From Minisyncoccia bacterium (GTDB lineage: Bacteria; Patescibacteriota; Minisyncoccia; Phycocordibacterales; UBA9973), in assembly GCA_965656375.1 (NCBI GenBank), contig CBFHKH010000001.1, positions 281,319-345,318 of the forward strand: 64,000 nt of DNA, given 5' to 3'. The notes beneath the pieces are model-generated. The model was not told the origin of the DNA and ran no database searches. It was given only the letters and a program-made list of their open reading frames with translations. The translations under genes were made by a program, and so were the position numbers. This document shows positions 19,658-30,088 of the stretch, piece after piece. Within the stretch, counting starts at the first letter, position 1. Each line of letters starts with the position of its first letter.

Positions 19658-20110
19658 TTATACTCGGCGAGGCTTTTTTGGCTTTGGGCCATTGTGTGGC
19701 ACTGGGGTAACATCTCGAACACCTGTAATCTCTATATCGTATGCCATAAATGCGCGAATTGTTGGCTCACGGCCTGATCCGACGCCGGTAACTTTCACAT
19801 CAACTTCGCGAATTCCAAGAGCTTTTGCTTTCTCTCCAATAATTGATCCTGCTTTAGAAGCTGCGAATGGGGTGCCTTTTTTTGCACCTTTAAATCCAAG
19901 TGAGCCAGCTGAGGTCCAAAAGATAGTATTACCTTCCTTGTCTGAAAGTACAACTTTTGTATTGTTAAATGTCGCTTCAACGTGAAGTGTTCCTGCAACG
20001 ATCTTTTTCTTCGGAACTTTAACTCCAGATTTTGGTGCGCTTTCAACAAGAGTGACATCATTGTCTCCATTCTTTTCTTCTTCTTTAGTTATGATTTTTA
20101 CCTTTCCCAT
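19658..20110 (-). CDS. rpsK: 30S ribosomal protein S11
   Basis: ATFNNT, KGTPFAA, DVTPVPHNG. Confidence 0.98.
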   Translation of the reverse strand: MGKVKIITKEEEKNGDNDVTLVESAPKSGVKVPKKKIVAGTLHVEATFNNTKVVLSDKEGNTIFWTSAGSLGFKGAKKGTPFAASKAGSIIGEKAKALGIREVDVKVTGVGSGREPTIRAFMAYDIEITGVRDVTPVPHNGPKPKKPRRV

Positions 20111-20115
20111 ATTAA

Positions 20116-20496
20116 TTATGTTTTACTTTCCTTACGGCGACCAGATGCCATTGTTTTACGAACATTACCACGGATAGTACGAGAGTTTGTTTTTGTTCTC
20201 TGTCCATTAACTGGAAGGCGGCGCATATGACGAACTCCACGGTAGGCTTTGATGTCTTTTAAACGCTTGATGTTTGAAGCGATTTCACGCTTGAGACCAC
20301 CTTCGATAGACATAGTTTCGATGACCTTGCGGATTGCGTTTTCTTGGTCGACAGTGAGAGAATCGGCTTTGATAGTTGGATCAATATCTACTTCTTTGAG
20401 TATTGAACGTGCTCGTGAAATACCGATACCGTAGAGCGATGTAAGACCAATGTCTAAATGTTTGTTATTTGGAATGTTGATACCTAAAATTCTCAT
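20116..20496 (-). CDS. rpsM: 30S ribosomal protein S13
   Basis: LYGIG, YRGVRH, LPVNGQRTKTNSRT. Confidence 0.98.
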   Translation of the reverse strand: MRILGINIPNNKHLDIGLTSLYGIGISRARSILKEVDIDPTIKADSLTVDQENAIRKVIETMSIEGGLKREIASNIKRLKDIKAYRGVRHMRRLPVNGQRTKTNSRTIRGNVRKTMASGRRKESKT

Positions 20497-20511
20497 AATT
20501 ATAATTTTTGA

Positions 20512-20622
20512 TTATTGCTTCTGTTTATGCTTAGGGTTTGAGCAAATAACACGAAGATGACCCTCGCGCTTCACAAGTTTACATTTTGCACAAATTTTTT
20601 TAACTGCTGATTTAATCTTCAT
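20512..20622 (-). CDS. rpmJ: 50S ribosomal protein L36
   Basis: [14 protein letters not shown]...[12 protein letters not shown] zinc ribbon. Confidence 0.95.
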   Translation of the reverse strand: MKIKSAVKKICAKCKLVKREGHLRVICSNPKHKQKQ

Positions 20623-20738
20623 AATTACCTTAATGCGAAAGAAAAACAGAGGGTTTTCACCCTGTATCAATGTCTTATGCGTATGTCGTACCATAGTACA
20701 CTATCCTCAGAAAAAAGGCAAGGGGCACTTGTGTCTGC

Positions 20739-20954
20739 CTAGTTTCTCTTTATGATTCGTCCTTTTCCGCCATATGGATCAAGAAGGACTTCTACTTTAT
20801 CACCTACTAATACCTTGATACGATGCATGCGCATCTTCCCTGCAAGATATGTGATGATGACATTGCCATCACCAATATCAACGCGAAAAAGTGTGTTCGG
20901 AAGTGCTTCAGTAACGGTACCTATCACTGTATTATTTTCGTCTTTTTGATTCAT
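20739..20954 (-). CDS. infA: Translation initiation factor IF-1
   Basis: EALPNTLFRV, AGKMRMHRIKVLVGDKV. Confidence 0.98.
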   Translation of the reverse strand: MNQKDENNTVIGTVTEALPNTLFRVDIGDGNVIITYLAGKMRMHRIKVLVGDKVEVLLDPYGGKGRIIKRN

Positions 20955-20996
20955 TAGTGTGTTTATATAGTACTAAAATGTAACTCGTCCGTCAAA

Positions 20997-22487
20997 CTAC
21001 AATGCGGTTACATGTATTTTTGAAATATCAGTCGGGAGGGATTTCTGCCATGGTGGGAAGAGCGTTGCACGCGCTTCGGCAATACCGGGATCAGTTTTAA
21101 AAAGTGATGGCAACATATCTTTTGAAACTCCTACTATTCGTGCTTTAAAATTCTCTATATCAGGGTGCCAAATTGCCGTTGCCTTCCCCGTTAAATTAAA
21201 TGCAACAGTATGCATATCTTTAGTAATGATCTGATTTTCATTCAAGAATGAGAATTTAAGTTTTGCTATTTCTGGTATATCAATTTCCTTTCGTTCAATA
21301 GTGCCGATGCTAGATAATTTATTTTTGATGAGAGCATCTTCTAAATCACTTTCTTTGAAAATTATTGCGGCAAGCGTCCCAGTGATACCGACGGTAGCTT
21401 CGGGGGTTGAAGATCTCACTGCCTCATCGACAGTATAAGTAAAGGTAAATGCATCAGGATAGAGAATATATCCTTTTGGTACCTCTGCATTTACTTTCTT
21501 TATTAGTCTACTTTTAAAAGTTGATTGTGCTGTTGCGCTTACATTTCCCTTCTCGGTTGCACCAAGGATATAGGCAAGTCCTTGTGCACCGCCCTTGATA
21601 GGCTGTACTGCTTTCGCATATATTTTCTTGAATTTAGTTGTACCTTTGTAGGCAGAGATTGTAAAATCAGTCGAAGTGCTATTGTAGGCATCTCCGGGTA
21701 GAAATGCAGTTATCCTAACATCTACAGTCCCCGGAATTATTTGAGTGCCAGAAGTTTTATATCCAGGAATTGTAACTTTAGTATCAGTGAGGTAGGTTTT
21801 GCCATTTGCATCTGCCAAATGAGAACGCGGAGCAATAGTAACAGGCGTCGTACTGAATTCATTATAGAGGGTTACTGTACCTGTTGCATTACGTTTGGCA
21901 TCTTCAGTTTCTGTTAAAACAATATTCTTAGCATCACTATCAGTGACAATCATTATTTCAAATGAGATATCGGTATCAGTATTTTTTGAGGCTATGAATT
22001 CTGTAGCGTCGAGAACAAGCTCTTCATGTTTCTCTTGTATGACAACAGTTGTTCTTTCAAAATACATTGCGCCATGATAAAGAACCGCTAGGAGTATTGA
22101 AAACATAAAAAGGAAAACTATAGATTTGCGGACACTTTTCTTGTTTCCTCTCATTCGTGGAGTTCCTGTAAGCCGCTTAACAGGTTCTTCCTTTCTTATT
22201 TCGATAGTATCTCGAGGTACTTTTGCTTGCCATCCAGATGTAAAGACTGCAGCTTTTTGTAATGATTCTCTGTCAGAAAATCCTTTCTCAGAAGTTTCAG
22301 TTGGGATCTGGACGACTTCGCGTGCAGGCATTTCTTTCTCTTGTGGTTTTATTTGGACAGGAGGTACTCCGCGTACTTTCTCTAACTCAATTCTGCTCGG
22401 TGTACCTGGAGCTTTAATTTCCGTATTTGAAGCTTTTACGTTTTTTCTGCTTGTAAGCTTCATATCCATCATTATTTTCTTTGACAT
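20997..22487 (-). CDS. Single-TM protein with baseplate-J-like extracellular region
   Basis: disordered N-terminus, one TM, ATGTVTLYN...VTIPG...PGDAYN...IKGG pattern. Confidence 0.6.
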   Translation of the reverse strand: MSKKIMMDMKLTSRKNVKASNTEIKAPGTPSRIELEKVRGVPPVQIKPQEKEMPAREVVQIPTETSEKGFSDRESLQKAAVFTSGWQAKVPRDTIEIRKEEPVKRLTGTPRMRGNKKSVRKSIVFLFMFSILLAVLYHGAMYFERTTVVIQEKHEELVLDATEFIASKNTDTDISFEIMIVTDSDAKNIVLTETEDAKRNATGTVTLYNEFSTTPVTIAPRSHLADANGKTYLTDTKVTIPGYKTSGTQIIPGTVDVRITAFLPGDAYNSTSTDFTISAYKGTTKFKKIYAKAVQPIKGGAQGLAYILGATEKGNVSATAQSTFKSRLIKKVNAEVPKGYILYPDAFTFTYTVDEAVRSSTPEATVGITGTLAAIIFKESDLEDALIKNKLSSIGTIERKEIDIPEIAKLKFSFLNENQIITKDMHTVAFNLTGKATAIWHPDIENFKARIVGVSKDMLPSLFKTDPGIAEARATLFPPWQKSLPTDISKIHVTAL

Positions 22488-22488
22488 A

Positions 22489-23673
22489 TTATTTATATTC
22501 TTTCTTTCTCATTATTGCTATTGCTTCTATCATCAAGAATGGATCACAGAGTCCATCTTTGACTCTACACATATTCAAAAATTCTGGACCTTCAAGAGTT
22601 ACCACTGTAGAGGTATGATCGGCAACCATTGACTGAATATATTCTTCATTGCGTACAACGTTTGCAAACCAATCACGAATATCGTTATCAGCAGTGAGGA
22701 ATATTGTCCCTGGTAGTGTGAGCGTATGGGGAAGCGTGCCAATACACTGGCGAAACGCTTCACTCCATGAATTTTCAATTGATTTAAAAAGTGGGCCGAG
22801 TTTATCTTTAAATTTCTCTGATATCACACCTTTTGTATGGAGCGCAAATAATTCTTTTGCATCACGGAGCTCTATCTCAAGTTTGCTACACATATATTTA
22901 AAAAATGTCTTCTTTCCAAAAGGAAATGAGAGCGTCGCCCGTAGTATCCCTTTTGACACAATGCCAACATCTGTGATTTCACCATTAATATCAAGCAAGA
23001 GATAAGAATCTGGAGTCACATACCTGTCACGAACAGCGATAAATGATGCAACCATAAATGAAGAGAATGTGACTGGTTTTGAGTGATATGTTTTTGAAAG
23101 TGTTTTTTTAATTCTTTCAAGACATATCTTTGGAGAAAGCGAAATAATCATATTCATTTCAATAGCTTTAGTCTTTTTTCCGAATGGATCAAGCACTGGA
23201 TAGCCATTGAGTGATACCCCCATAATATGGTGCTCTATTACTTCAGGTGCGCTCTCTACTCCACCATATTTTTTTTGGTACATTTCGGTGAGTGATACAA
23301 TTTCTTTTTGAAAGAGTTCATCTCCGAGGCGCCTTGTAAATACGAATGGAACTTCTTTAGACATCTTGATCGTTCGAGTTTCTGATATATACCATGGAGA
23401 TGCAACTACACAGACAATCTCATCAGGTGCACCTAGCTTTGCTTTATATAGTTCTGATGCGGTTGTATTAAGTGCGGTAAGCATATCACTCAAGAATATA
23501 TTGAAGTCGAGCACATTTTGAAATGTAATCTGAGTGCGAGCAGACTTTATAATTTCAGGAACTCCGGTACCATCATCTGGTATACGAGCGAGAGCTCCAC
23601 CAACAGATCCTGAACCAATATCGAAAATCGCCACGAGGCGCTCTTTGTGTGATGATGAAGAAAACAATCCCAT
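22489..23673 (-). CDS. Divergent FtsA/PilM-like actin-fold protein
   Basis: FDIGSGSV, LLLDINGEITDV, FPFGK. Confidence 0.65.
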   Translation of the reverse strand: MGLFSSSSHKERLVAIFDIGSGSVGGALARIPDDGTGVPEIIKSARTQITFQNVLDFNIFLSDMLTALNTTASELYKAKLGAPDEIVCVVASPWYISETRTIKMSKEVPFVFTRRLGDELFQKEIVSLTEMYQKKYGGVESAPEVIEHHIMGVSLNGYPVLDPFGKKTKAIEMNMIISLSPKICLERIKKTLSKTYHSKPVTFSSFMVASFIAVRDRYVTPDSYLLLDINGEITDVGIVSKGILRATLSFPFGKKTFFKYMCSKLEIELRDAKELFALHTKGVISEKFKDKLGPLFKSIENSWSEAFRQCIGTLPHTLTLPGTIFLTADNDIRDWFANVVRNEEYIQSMVADHTSTVVTLEGPEFLNMCRVKDGLCDPFLMIEAIAIMRKKEYK

Positions 23674-23724
23674 AGGATTATTATACTATAGTTTAATATA
23701 AAATATCTATATATTTGAGAGTAA

Positions 23725-25371
23725 TTAACTGAGTATCGCTTTAATACGACGTATACCTTGTGCGACAGCTTCTTCTTTTTGTATTTTGAAATGTCCGAGC
23801 TCACTTGTGTTGGATACATGAGGACCTCCACAGAACTCTTTAGAAATCGGATTTCCATCCTCGTCTTCAATAAAATAAAGAGATACAGTCTCCGGATATT
23901 TCGCTCCGAATTCCATTTCAGCACCTAGTTTCTCCGCTTCATGAAGCGGCATCTCTTTACGAACTACTGCCAATCCTTGAGAAATTTTATCATTTACCCA
24001 CTTTTCTACTGCCATTTTTTCTTCATCAGTAAGCTTATGGTCACATAAAAAATCGATTCTCAAACGCTCTTCCGTGATATTACTTCCCCGCTGTTTGATA
24101 CTCGAACTTACAACTGCTTGAAGCGCTGCAAGGAGCAAGTGGTGTGCAGTGTGCAGTTTGATGGTTTTGGGTTCATGGTTCGCAAGTCCACCTTTGAACA
24201 TCCCCGCGGACGCAGTTTGAGAAAGCTTCTGATGTTCAGTCATTTTTGCAGTAAATGCTTCTTTATCTATATGGATACCTTTTTCTCTTGCTAATTCTTC
24301 GGTTAGTTCGATTGGAAATCCGTAAGTGGTAGCTAAAACAAACGGATCTGTACCTTTTTCAAACTCCTTAAGACCTGTTTCGAGAGTTTTTCGAAATTTT
24401 TCTTCTTCTTTTTGTATTTCGTCCTTCTCATCAAGAACATACACACTAGCATACATTTTTTTTATCATTTCAATCTGGCCAATAAGAGGTTCTTTTGAAA
24501 ATTTTACTGCGCGACGAATAAGCCGGCGAAGTACATACCCTCTGCCAGTGTTACCTGGAATAACTCCATCTGAAATCATAAAGAGTGCTGCTTTAACATG
24601 ATCCGCAACAATCCGTTCTTCCTTAGATTTTTCCGTATTAAATACATCAGTATCATATACACTTTTCTTGTTCTGCACAGTTGCAAGTAATCGTTCGAAG
24701 CCCATTCCAGTATCAATCCCAAGTGTATCTAGTTTTTTTAGGGTAGCTTCCCCGCGATCAAGTTTCTCTCGAGAGCCATCGCAAAAATATTCATTAAAGA
24801 CAATATTCCATATCTCCACATCATCGCCATTTGCATTCTTGCAATAAATCTCGGTTGTCGGACCGCATGGGCCTGAGTCTCCAGTCGGACCCCAGAATAC
24901 ATCACTTCCGTCTTCACGAATATCAAGATTCGGATCTATGCGTGCCCAGATATTTTTTGATTCTTCATCCTTAGGAACTACACCTTCACCTTTATAGAAG
25001 GTTACATACGAAATACGTAATCCTAATTCCTTGGTTATGAATTCATGCGCATACTCTATCGCTTCCTTTCTCCCATATCCACCAAATGAGAAGTTCCCGA
25101 GCATTTCAAAGAATGAAAGATGTGTATCATCCCCCACTTCATCAATATCACCTGTACGGACGCATTTTTGTGCAGTTACAATATTTTTATTACCAAAATC
25201 TTTAATAGCATTATCAGGTGCACCATAATACGGTTTGAATTGTTGCATTCCTGCAGTCGTAAACAATACAGAAATATCACCTTCTGGAACAAGAGATGAT
25301 GAAGGGAGCCGTGTATGACCTTTTGATTCAAAGAATGAAAGGAATTTCTCGCGTAATTCGTTTGATTGCAT
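23725..25371 (-). CDS. alaS: Alanine--tRNA ligase (compact form)
   Basis: FTTAGMQQFK, FFEMLGNFS, IDTGMG, HTAHH, EFCGGPH. Confidence 0.97.
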   Translation of the reverse strand: MQSNELREKFLSFFESKGHTRLPSSSLVPEGDISVLFTTAGMQQFKPYYGAPDNAIKDFGNKNIVTAQKCVRTGDIDEVGDDTHLSFFEMLGNFSFGGYGRKEAIEYAHEFITKELGLRISYVTFYKGEGVVPKDEESKNIWARIDPNLDIREDGSDVFWGPTGDSGPCGPTTEIYCKNANGDDVEIWNIVFNEYFCDGSREKLDRGEATLKKLDTLGIDTGMGFERLLATVQNKKSVYDTDVFNTEKSKEERIVADHVKAALFMISDGVIPGNTGRGYVLRRLIRRAVKFSKEPLIGQIEMIKKMYASVYVLDEKDEIQKEEEKFRKTLETGLKEFEKGTDPFVLATTYGFPIELTEELAREKGIHIDKEAFTAKMTEHQKLSQTASAGMFKGGLANHEPKTIKLHTAHHLLLAALQAVVSSSIKQRGSNITEERLRIDFLCDHKLTDEEKMAVEKWVNDKISQGLAVVRKEMPLHEAEKLGAEMEFGAKYPETVSLYFIEDEDGNPISKEFCGGPHVSNTSELGHFKIQKEEAVAQGIRRIKAILS

Positions 25372-25436
25372 ACACCCATACTATACCAAAACATGAGAAC
25401 AGAAAAGCCCTTCTCTTTAAAAGGGCGTTTGTTGTC

Positions 25437-25916
25437 TTAATGTTCTCCAGGAGATGATTCTTTAAAAAGTTTTGTTTTTCTAAACTGTTCCTCGAGGAAC
25501 CAGAGTACGATAAATATAAACAAGGTCAGAAATGTAGCAATGATGGCGATTTTGTACGCACCAAAGCCAGATGCCATACCGATACCAGCCGAAACCCAGA
25601 GCCCTGTTGCAGTTGTGAGACCCATAAGCTTGTTGTCCTTTGTAAATATCAATCCAGTTCCTATAAAACCGACACCGACAATTATCTGTGCTACGATATG
25701 AAGTGGATTCATACCTGGAACATTCATGTATGTTTGAACCATTTGTTCAGACACCACTACAAATAACGCTGAACCCATAGCTACGAGTGCATAGGTGCGC
25801 ATACCAGCAGTTTTGTGAGCCCACACACGCTCAGTGCCGATAATGAGACCCAATACTACCGCAACAAAAAGCCGTATAATAATTTCCATCGTTGCCCCAT
25901 CAAAAAAATTTTCCAT
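25437..25916 (-). CDS. MgtC/SapB family membrane protein
   Basis: IGTER, AGMRT, AQIIVGVGFIG, GLTTA. Confidence 0.92.
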   Translation of the reverse strand: MENFFDGATMEIIIRLFVAVVLGLIIGTERVWAHKTAGMRTYALVAMGSALFVVVSEQMVQTYMNVPGMNPLHIVAQIIVGVGFIGTGLIFTKDNKLMGLTTATGLWVSAGIGMASGFGAYKIAIIATFLTLFIFIVLWFLEEQFRKTKLFKESSPGEH

Positions 25917-25938
25917 ATGGAGTAAGTATACCAAACAA

Positions 25939-26991
25939 TTACATAACTACGCCACCGCCCACGCAGATATCCCCATCATAAAGAACTATAGATTGACCAG
26001 GTGAAACTATAGTAGGTTTATGAAATAAAATAGTGGTATTTTCTATTGTGCATGGTAGTTCTTCTCCATGGTAGCGAATTTGAGCTCTGTATACCTTATT
26101 CTCTTGTGGATTACTAGAAATCCAATTTATTTTTTGCAATTTGAATGATTGCGTATCGGTATCACCACCGACTGCTATAGCTGAGTGTGGTGATACTGTT
26201 ATAGTATTTTTTTCTATATCTTTTGCTACAACATAGAGCGGTCCATCATCATTAGAATGCTTCGTAATTGTAAACCCATGTCGTTCTCCAAGAGTGAAAA
26301 ATACAGCTCCTCTGTGGGAACCCACGACCTCTCCATTTTCGCCAAGAACAACACCTATTTTTTCAGGGATGTAATGCTTCAAAAAAGATTTCATATCGAG
26401 CGGTCCAAGGAAACAGACTCCTTGGCTATCTTTCTTTGTTGCAGTTGGTAAGCCATATTTTTCTGCAAGCTTTCTTACTTCTTTCTTTTCTAGATGCCCA
26501 ATAGGAAAAAGTGTATGGGACAGATCATCTTGCGTTAGTGTCCATAAAAAATATGATTGATCTTTATCCTTGTCTGGGGATCTTTTGAGAAAAGAATTGT
26601 CATTGATTGCATAGTGTCCCGTCGCAATAGCATCTGCACCATGTGCTTTTGCAAAATTCCAAAAAATACCGAATTTCACTTCACGATTACACATAACATC
26701 TGGGTTAGGAGTATTACCCTTTTTGTATTCTTCGATCATATAGTCTGCTACTCCTTTCTTATAAGCATCCTCTGCATCACACTCAAGAAATGGAATCGAG
26801 AGATGAGCGCAGACACGCATCGCATCGCGCCGCTCATCGCGCCATGTACACTCAATGAAATCTGGTTGCCAGGTGCGAATAAAAACACCAACTACATCGT
26901 AGCCTTGATCCTTAAGGAGCGCTGCAGATACAGATGAATCAACTCCACCTGATACGCCTATAAATACGGTTTTATGTATCCTCTCTGCCAT
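25939..26991 (-). CDS. mnmA: tRNA 2-thiouridylase MnmA
   Basis: SGGVDS, TPNPDVMCN, ATGHY, KDQSYFL, DSQGVCF. Confidence 0.97.
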   Translation of the reverse strand: MAERIHKTVFIGVSGGVDSSVSAALLKDQGYDVVGVFIRTWQPDFIECTWRDERRDAMRVCAHLSIPFLECDAEDAYKKGVADYMIEEYKKGNTPNPDVMCNREVKFGIFWNFAKAHGADAIATGHYAINDNSFLKRSPDKDKDQSYFLWTLTQDDLSHTLFPIGHLEKKEVRKLAEKYGLPTATKKDSQGVCFLGPLDMKSFLKHYIPEKIGVVLGENGEVVGSHRGAVFFTLGERHGFTITKHSNDDGPLYVVAKDIEKNTITVSPHSAIAVGGDTDTQSFKLQKINWISSNPQENKVYRAQIRYHGEELPCTIENTTILFHKPTIVSPGQSIVLYDGDICVGGGVVM

Positions 26992-27851
26992 CTCGCAAAT
27001 ATACCACATGGAAGCAGTTTGTCTGAGCCCGATTGCTCGATTGTAAGTTCACCTATTTCGATACTCCCTTTCTTCCCTTCCATCATGTCATTCAAATTAT
27101 TCTGATATGCAATTGGTGAGTAACCTGCAGTGTAGCCGTTAATAAGAATAAATAATGGATCATCAGTTAATATACCCTTACAAAGTTTCATAAGTTCCAG
27201 GAAATGCTCTTCAATCTTCCAGAGTTCGTCTTTTGGCCCATGCCCAAAAGATGGCGGGTCCATTATAATCGCATCATATCTGTTACCTCGTTTAATCTCT
27301 CGTTTCAAGAAAAGTATGCAATCTTCAACGATCCATCGTATTGGCTTGTCTTGGAGGCCTGAGAGTGCAGCATTATCTCGTGCCCATGCTACTGCAGTTT
27401 TCGACCCATCTACATGGCATACTTCTGCACCTGCTTTTGCAGCTGCGAGAGTCGCTCCTCCCGTGTATGCAAATAAATTGAGGACTTTGATTGGTCTCTT
27501 GTACAACCCTTGATTCTTTTTTATAACTTCTTCTGTCCACTGCCAATTAGGAAGCTGCTCTGGGAAAAGTCCTGTGTGTTTAAAAGATGAAGGCGCAATT
27601 CGGAAAGTAAGACCACCTAATTCTATGGTCCAATTTTTAGGAACTCCCTCTTTTATATTCCACTTTGTGCGAGTACCCTTTCGAACAAATACAAGATCGG
27701 CATTATTCCACATATCGCTACTCTGTGATCTCTGCCACAGCGCCTCTGGATCAGGACGGAGAAATATATAGGGGCCATAGCGTTCAAGCTTCTGTCCCAT
27801 ACCTGCATCAATGAGTTCATAATCTTTTTCTTTTGTAGTTTTAAGTATCAT
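26958..27851 (-). CDS. Class I SAM-dependent methyltransferase (RlmI/RlmK-like)
   Basis: VLNLFAYTGG, IIMDPPSF. Confidence 0.88.
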   Translation of the reverse strand: MILKTTKEKDYELIDAGMGQKLERYGPYIFLRPDPEALWQRSQSSDMWNNADLVFVRKGTRTKWNIKEGVPKNWTIELGGLTFRIAPSSFKHTGLFPEQLPNWQWTEEVIKKNQGLYKRPIKVLNLFAYTGGATLAAAKAGAEVCHVDGSKTAVAWARDNAALSGLQDKPIRWIVEDCILFLKREIKRGNRYDAIIMDPPSFGHGPKDELWKIEEHFLELMKLCKGILTDDPLFILINGYTAGYSPIAYQNNLNDMMEGKKGSIEIGELTIEQSGSDKLLPCGIFARWQRGYIKPYL

Positions 27852-28784
27852 TTATCGTAAATAGGTATCAATATTTCTTTTATGCTCGCCATAGGTTTTC
27901 GCAAAATGGACTGTACCATCTTTTCCATGAAGATAAAAGAGATAGGGAGATTCGCTTGGATTAATTGCTGCCTGTATTGAGGAAAGTCCTGGGTTTGCAA
28001 TGGGAGCAGTTGGAAGGCCTGTCTTTTTATATGTTTCAGGTGCAGCATCAACTTGAAGTGGCATTCCTTTCTCGAGTCGCTTCCATAATATTCCGGAAAT
28101 AAGATCGATGTCATTTTTGCCCTTTGCTTCTTTTTCCAAAATCGATGCCATGATGATGATATCCTCGAGAGAATGTCCACTCTTACTAATATCTTCCGTA
28201 AGTGTTTTGATCCGCGTAGAAAAGTTTGCGGTTAGATCAGAGATCATTTCATATGATGTTGTAAATGGGAAGAAAAAATATGTATCAGGAAACAAGTATC
28301 CTTGTTTCGCACGAGAATCTGAAAGGAATAGATCTCTTCGGAACGCGGATGTTTTTTGTGCAAGGATATCTGCCATTTCTTCATTTGTAATTCCCTCTTT
28401 AAATGTTATCTTCACTGGATCGATTCGATGTTCACCAGATGCAAGCATCCATGCTACACGCCAAACTGGCATAGTGTAATCAAAGCGGTAATCTCCTCTA
28501 TCAACTTGCCTGTCCATTCTTAAAATTTTAGTAAAAGCTTTGAGAAGTACCGCATGTCTCACAATATTTTTTGCTTCAAGATCCCGAGCAACCGAATCAA
28601 GGGACTCGCCTTGGTCGATATGAACAATTGTTGGCTCTCTATTTGCTCTTCCCTGAGTTATATCAGGCGCCGACATTGCTCTATAGCCCCATATACCAAG
28701 AAGGAGAAGGAGAAAAACAGGATAGAGCACCTTGTGAGAGCGAAAGAAAGAAGGCTTTTTTGTTTCTTCTGATACTTGCTCCAT
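27852..28784 (-). CDS. mltG: Endolytic transglycosylase MltG
   Basis: GYLFPDTY, ASILEKE, LQVDA, GLPTAPIANPG. Confidence 0.93.
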   Translation of the reverse strand: MEQVSEETKKPSFFRSHKVLYPVFLLLLLGIWGYRAMSAPDITQGRANREPTIVHIDQGESLDSVARDLEAKNIVRHAVLLKAFTKILRMDRQVDRGDYRFDYTMPVWRVAWMLASGEHRIDPVKITFKEGITNEEMADILAQKTSAFRRDLFLSDSRAKQGYLFPDTYFFFPFTTSYEMISDLTANFSTRIKTLTEDISKSGHSLEDIIIMASILEKEAKGKNDIDLISGILWKRLEKGMPLQVDAAPETYKKTGLPTAPIANPGLSSIQAAINPSESPYLFYLHGKDGTVHFAKTYGEHKRNIDTYLR

Positions 28785-28790
28785 ATTGTA

Positions 28791-30086
28791 TTACATCGGC
28801 AAATTGGAAGGTGGCTTTGCAATCTTTGACTCAATTCGCTTGAAGCTTGGAGTCTCTGAGACCATGCCTGGGAAGTGGAAAATTGTTGCAAGTTCTCGAG
28901 AAGACATTACGAATATTTGTGGAGAGCCAGAAGGAAAGAAAGCAGCAAGGACCTTTGGATATTTAAATGAATATTGGATAGGTGGGTGGAAAAATGTACG
29001 CATTCGAAAGAAATCGAGTGTGCGCTTTTTATATTTAGTAAGAGCAAGCCCTGTAGGATCAGACCATGGTGCATCGAATTGTGTAGAGTTGATACGATTA
29101 AGTTCGTTAACATCAGGCTGTGCATATTGACGCCAGATAAGACGTGAATTACGTCTTAAATTCATAAATTGTTCCTCAGTGCAGAGATTTTTATTCGAGA
29201 GTGTCACCACTCGAATGCCGCAATCGAAATGGATCAAACTCGCATTTTCTACCATTACTTTTACTTTATTCTTGAGTGGTTCTGGAGTACGCATATCCAT
29301 ACCCATAGTATCTCCATTATCATTTCTTTGGATACGAGTATACGGTAAGAGCATATTTTCAATAAATTCATATGTAGCGGCATAGAAATCAATGTGTTTG
29401 CCGGTGTGGTGACTATGATATGTCTTTATGTTCTGACGTATGACAATTTGCACCCACATTTGCTGACCACGAGGCAGTGACCCTAAAAATTCTATAACTG
29501 GTGTAATCGGATCGATCTTGTATTCTTCTTTGGTGCCGCTGTCCATTTCTTCCATGTCTCGATAGGTACGGATCGGCAAGAAATCTTCTTTCATCTTGGT
29601 GTATTCGCACCCCCACATATCCCACTCTCCATTTTTTCGATATTGAGGAACATGGAGTGTATAATCTTCGGCTTCAACGACTTTCGCTTGCGGATACTGC
29701 GCGTAGATCTGTGTTTCTACGAGCTCCCGCATACGAGACGGAGTACGTATAAAGAAGTGAACTTTGCCATCAATGGATGCCATCTCAAGTGAGAACCAGA
29801 ACCATGGTGCACCTTGGATGTATTGCTCCCAAAAACCTTTTATACTTTTTTGATAGAACGCATTTGAGAATATTAACTCCATGGCTGCCGGAGATTTAAT
29901 GACATCGCGTGGAACATGAATCTCGAGAAGCACCCACTTGATACCCATGATGAAGCGCTCCTGGCGATAGTGATGCCAGAGTCTAAGCGCGATCATGGTC
30001 AGTGGAATAGGCATCAGATACCCGATCGTGACGAGAAGAATTTGCACAAGATTAAAACTATGAGTAGCAAAGAAATCTGAAAGCAT
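28791..30086 (-). CDS. Conserved hypothetical membrane-anchored protein
   Basis: N-terminal TM, QIYAQYP, ELATIFHFP, C-terminal PPSNLP. Confidence 0.75.
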   Translation of the reverse strand: MLSDFFATHSFNLVQILLVTIGYLMPIPLTMIALRLWHHYRQERFIMGIKWVLLEIHVPRDVIKSPAAMELIFSNAFYQKSIKGFWEQYIQGAPWFWFSLEMASIDGKVHFFIRTPSRMRELVETQIYAQYPQAKVVEAEDYTLHVPQYRKNGEWDMWGCEYTKMKEDFLPIRTYRDMEEMDSGTKEEYKIDPITPVIEFLGSLPRGQQMWVQIVIRQNIKTYHSHHTGKHIDFYAATYEFIENMLLPYTRIQRNDNGDTMGMDMRTPEPLKNKVKVMVENASLIHFDCGIRVVTLSNKNLCTEEQFMNLRRNSRLIWRQYAQPDVNELNRINSTQFDAPWSDPTGLALTKYKKRTLDFFRMRTFFHPPIQYSFKYPKVLAAFFPSGSPQIFVMSSRELATIFHFPGMVSETPSFKRIESKIAKPPSNLPM

Positions 30087-30088
30087 AA

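Noticed and set aside
20997-22487. Prophage implied by the baseplate-J-like gene
   Set aside because: Protein is membrane-anchored and no other phage genes are present.
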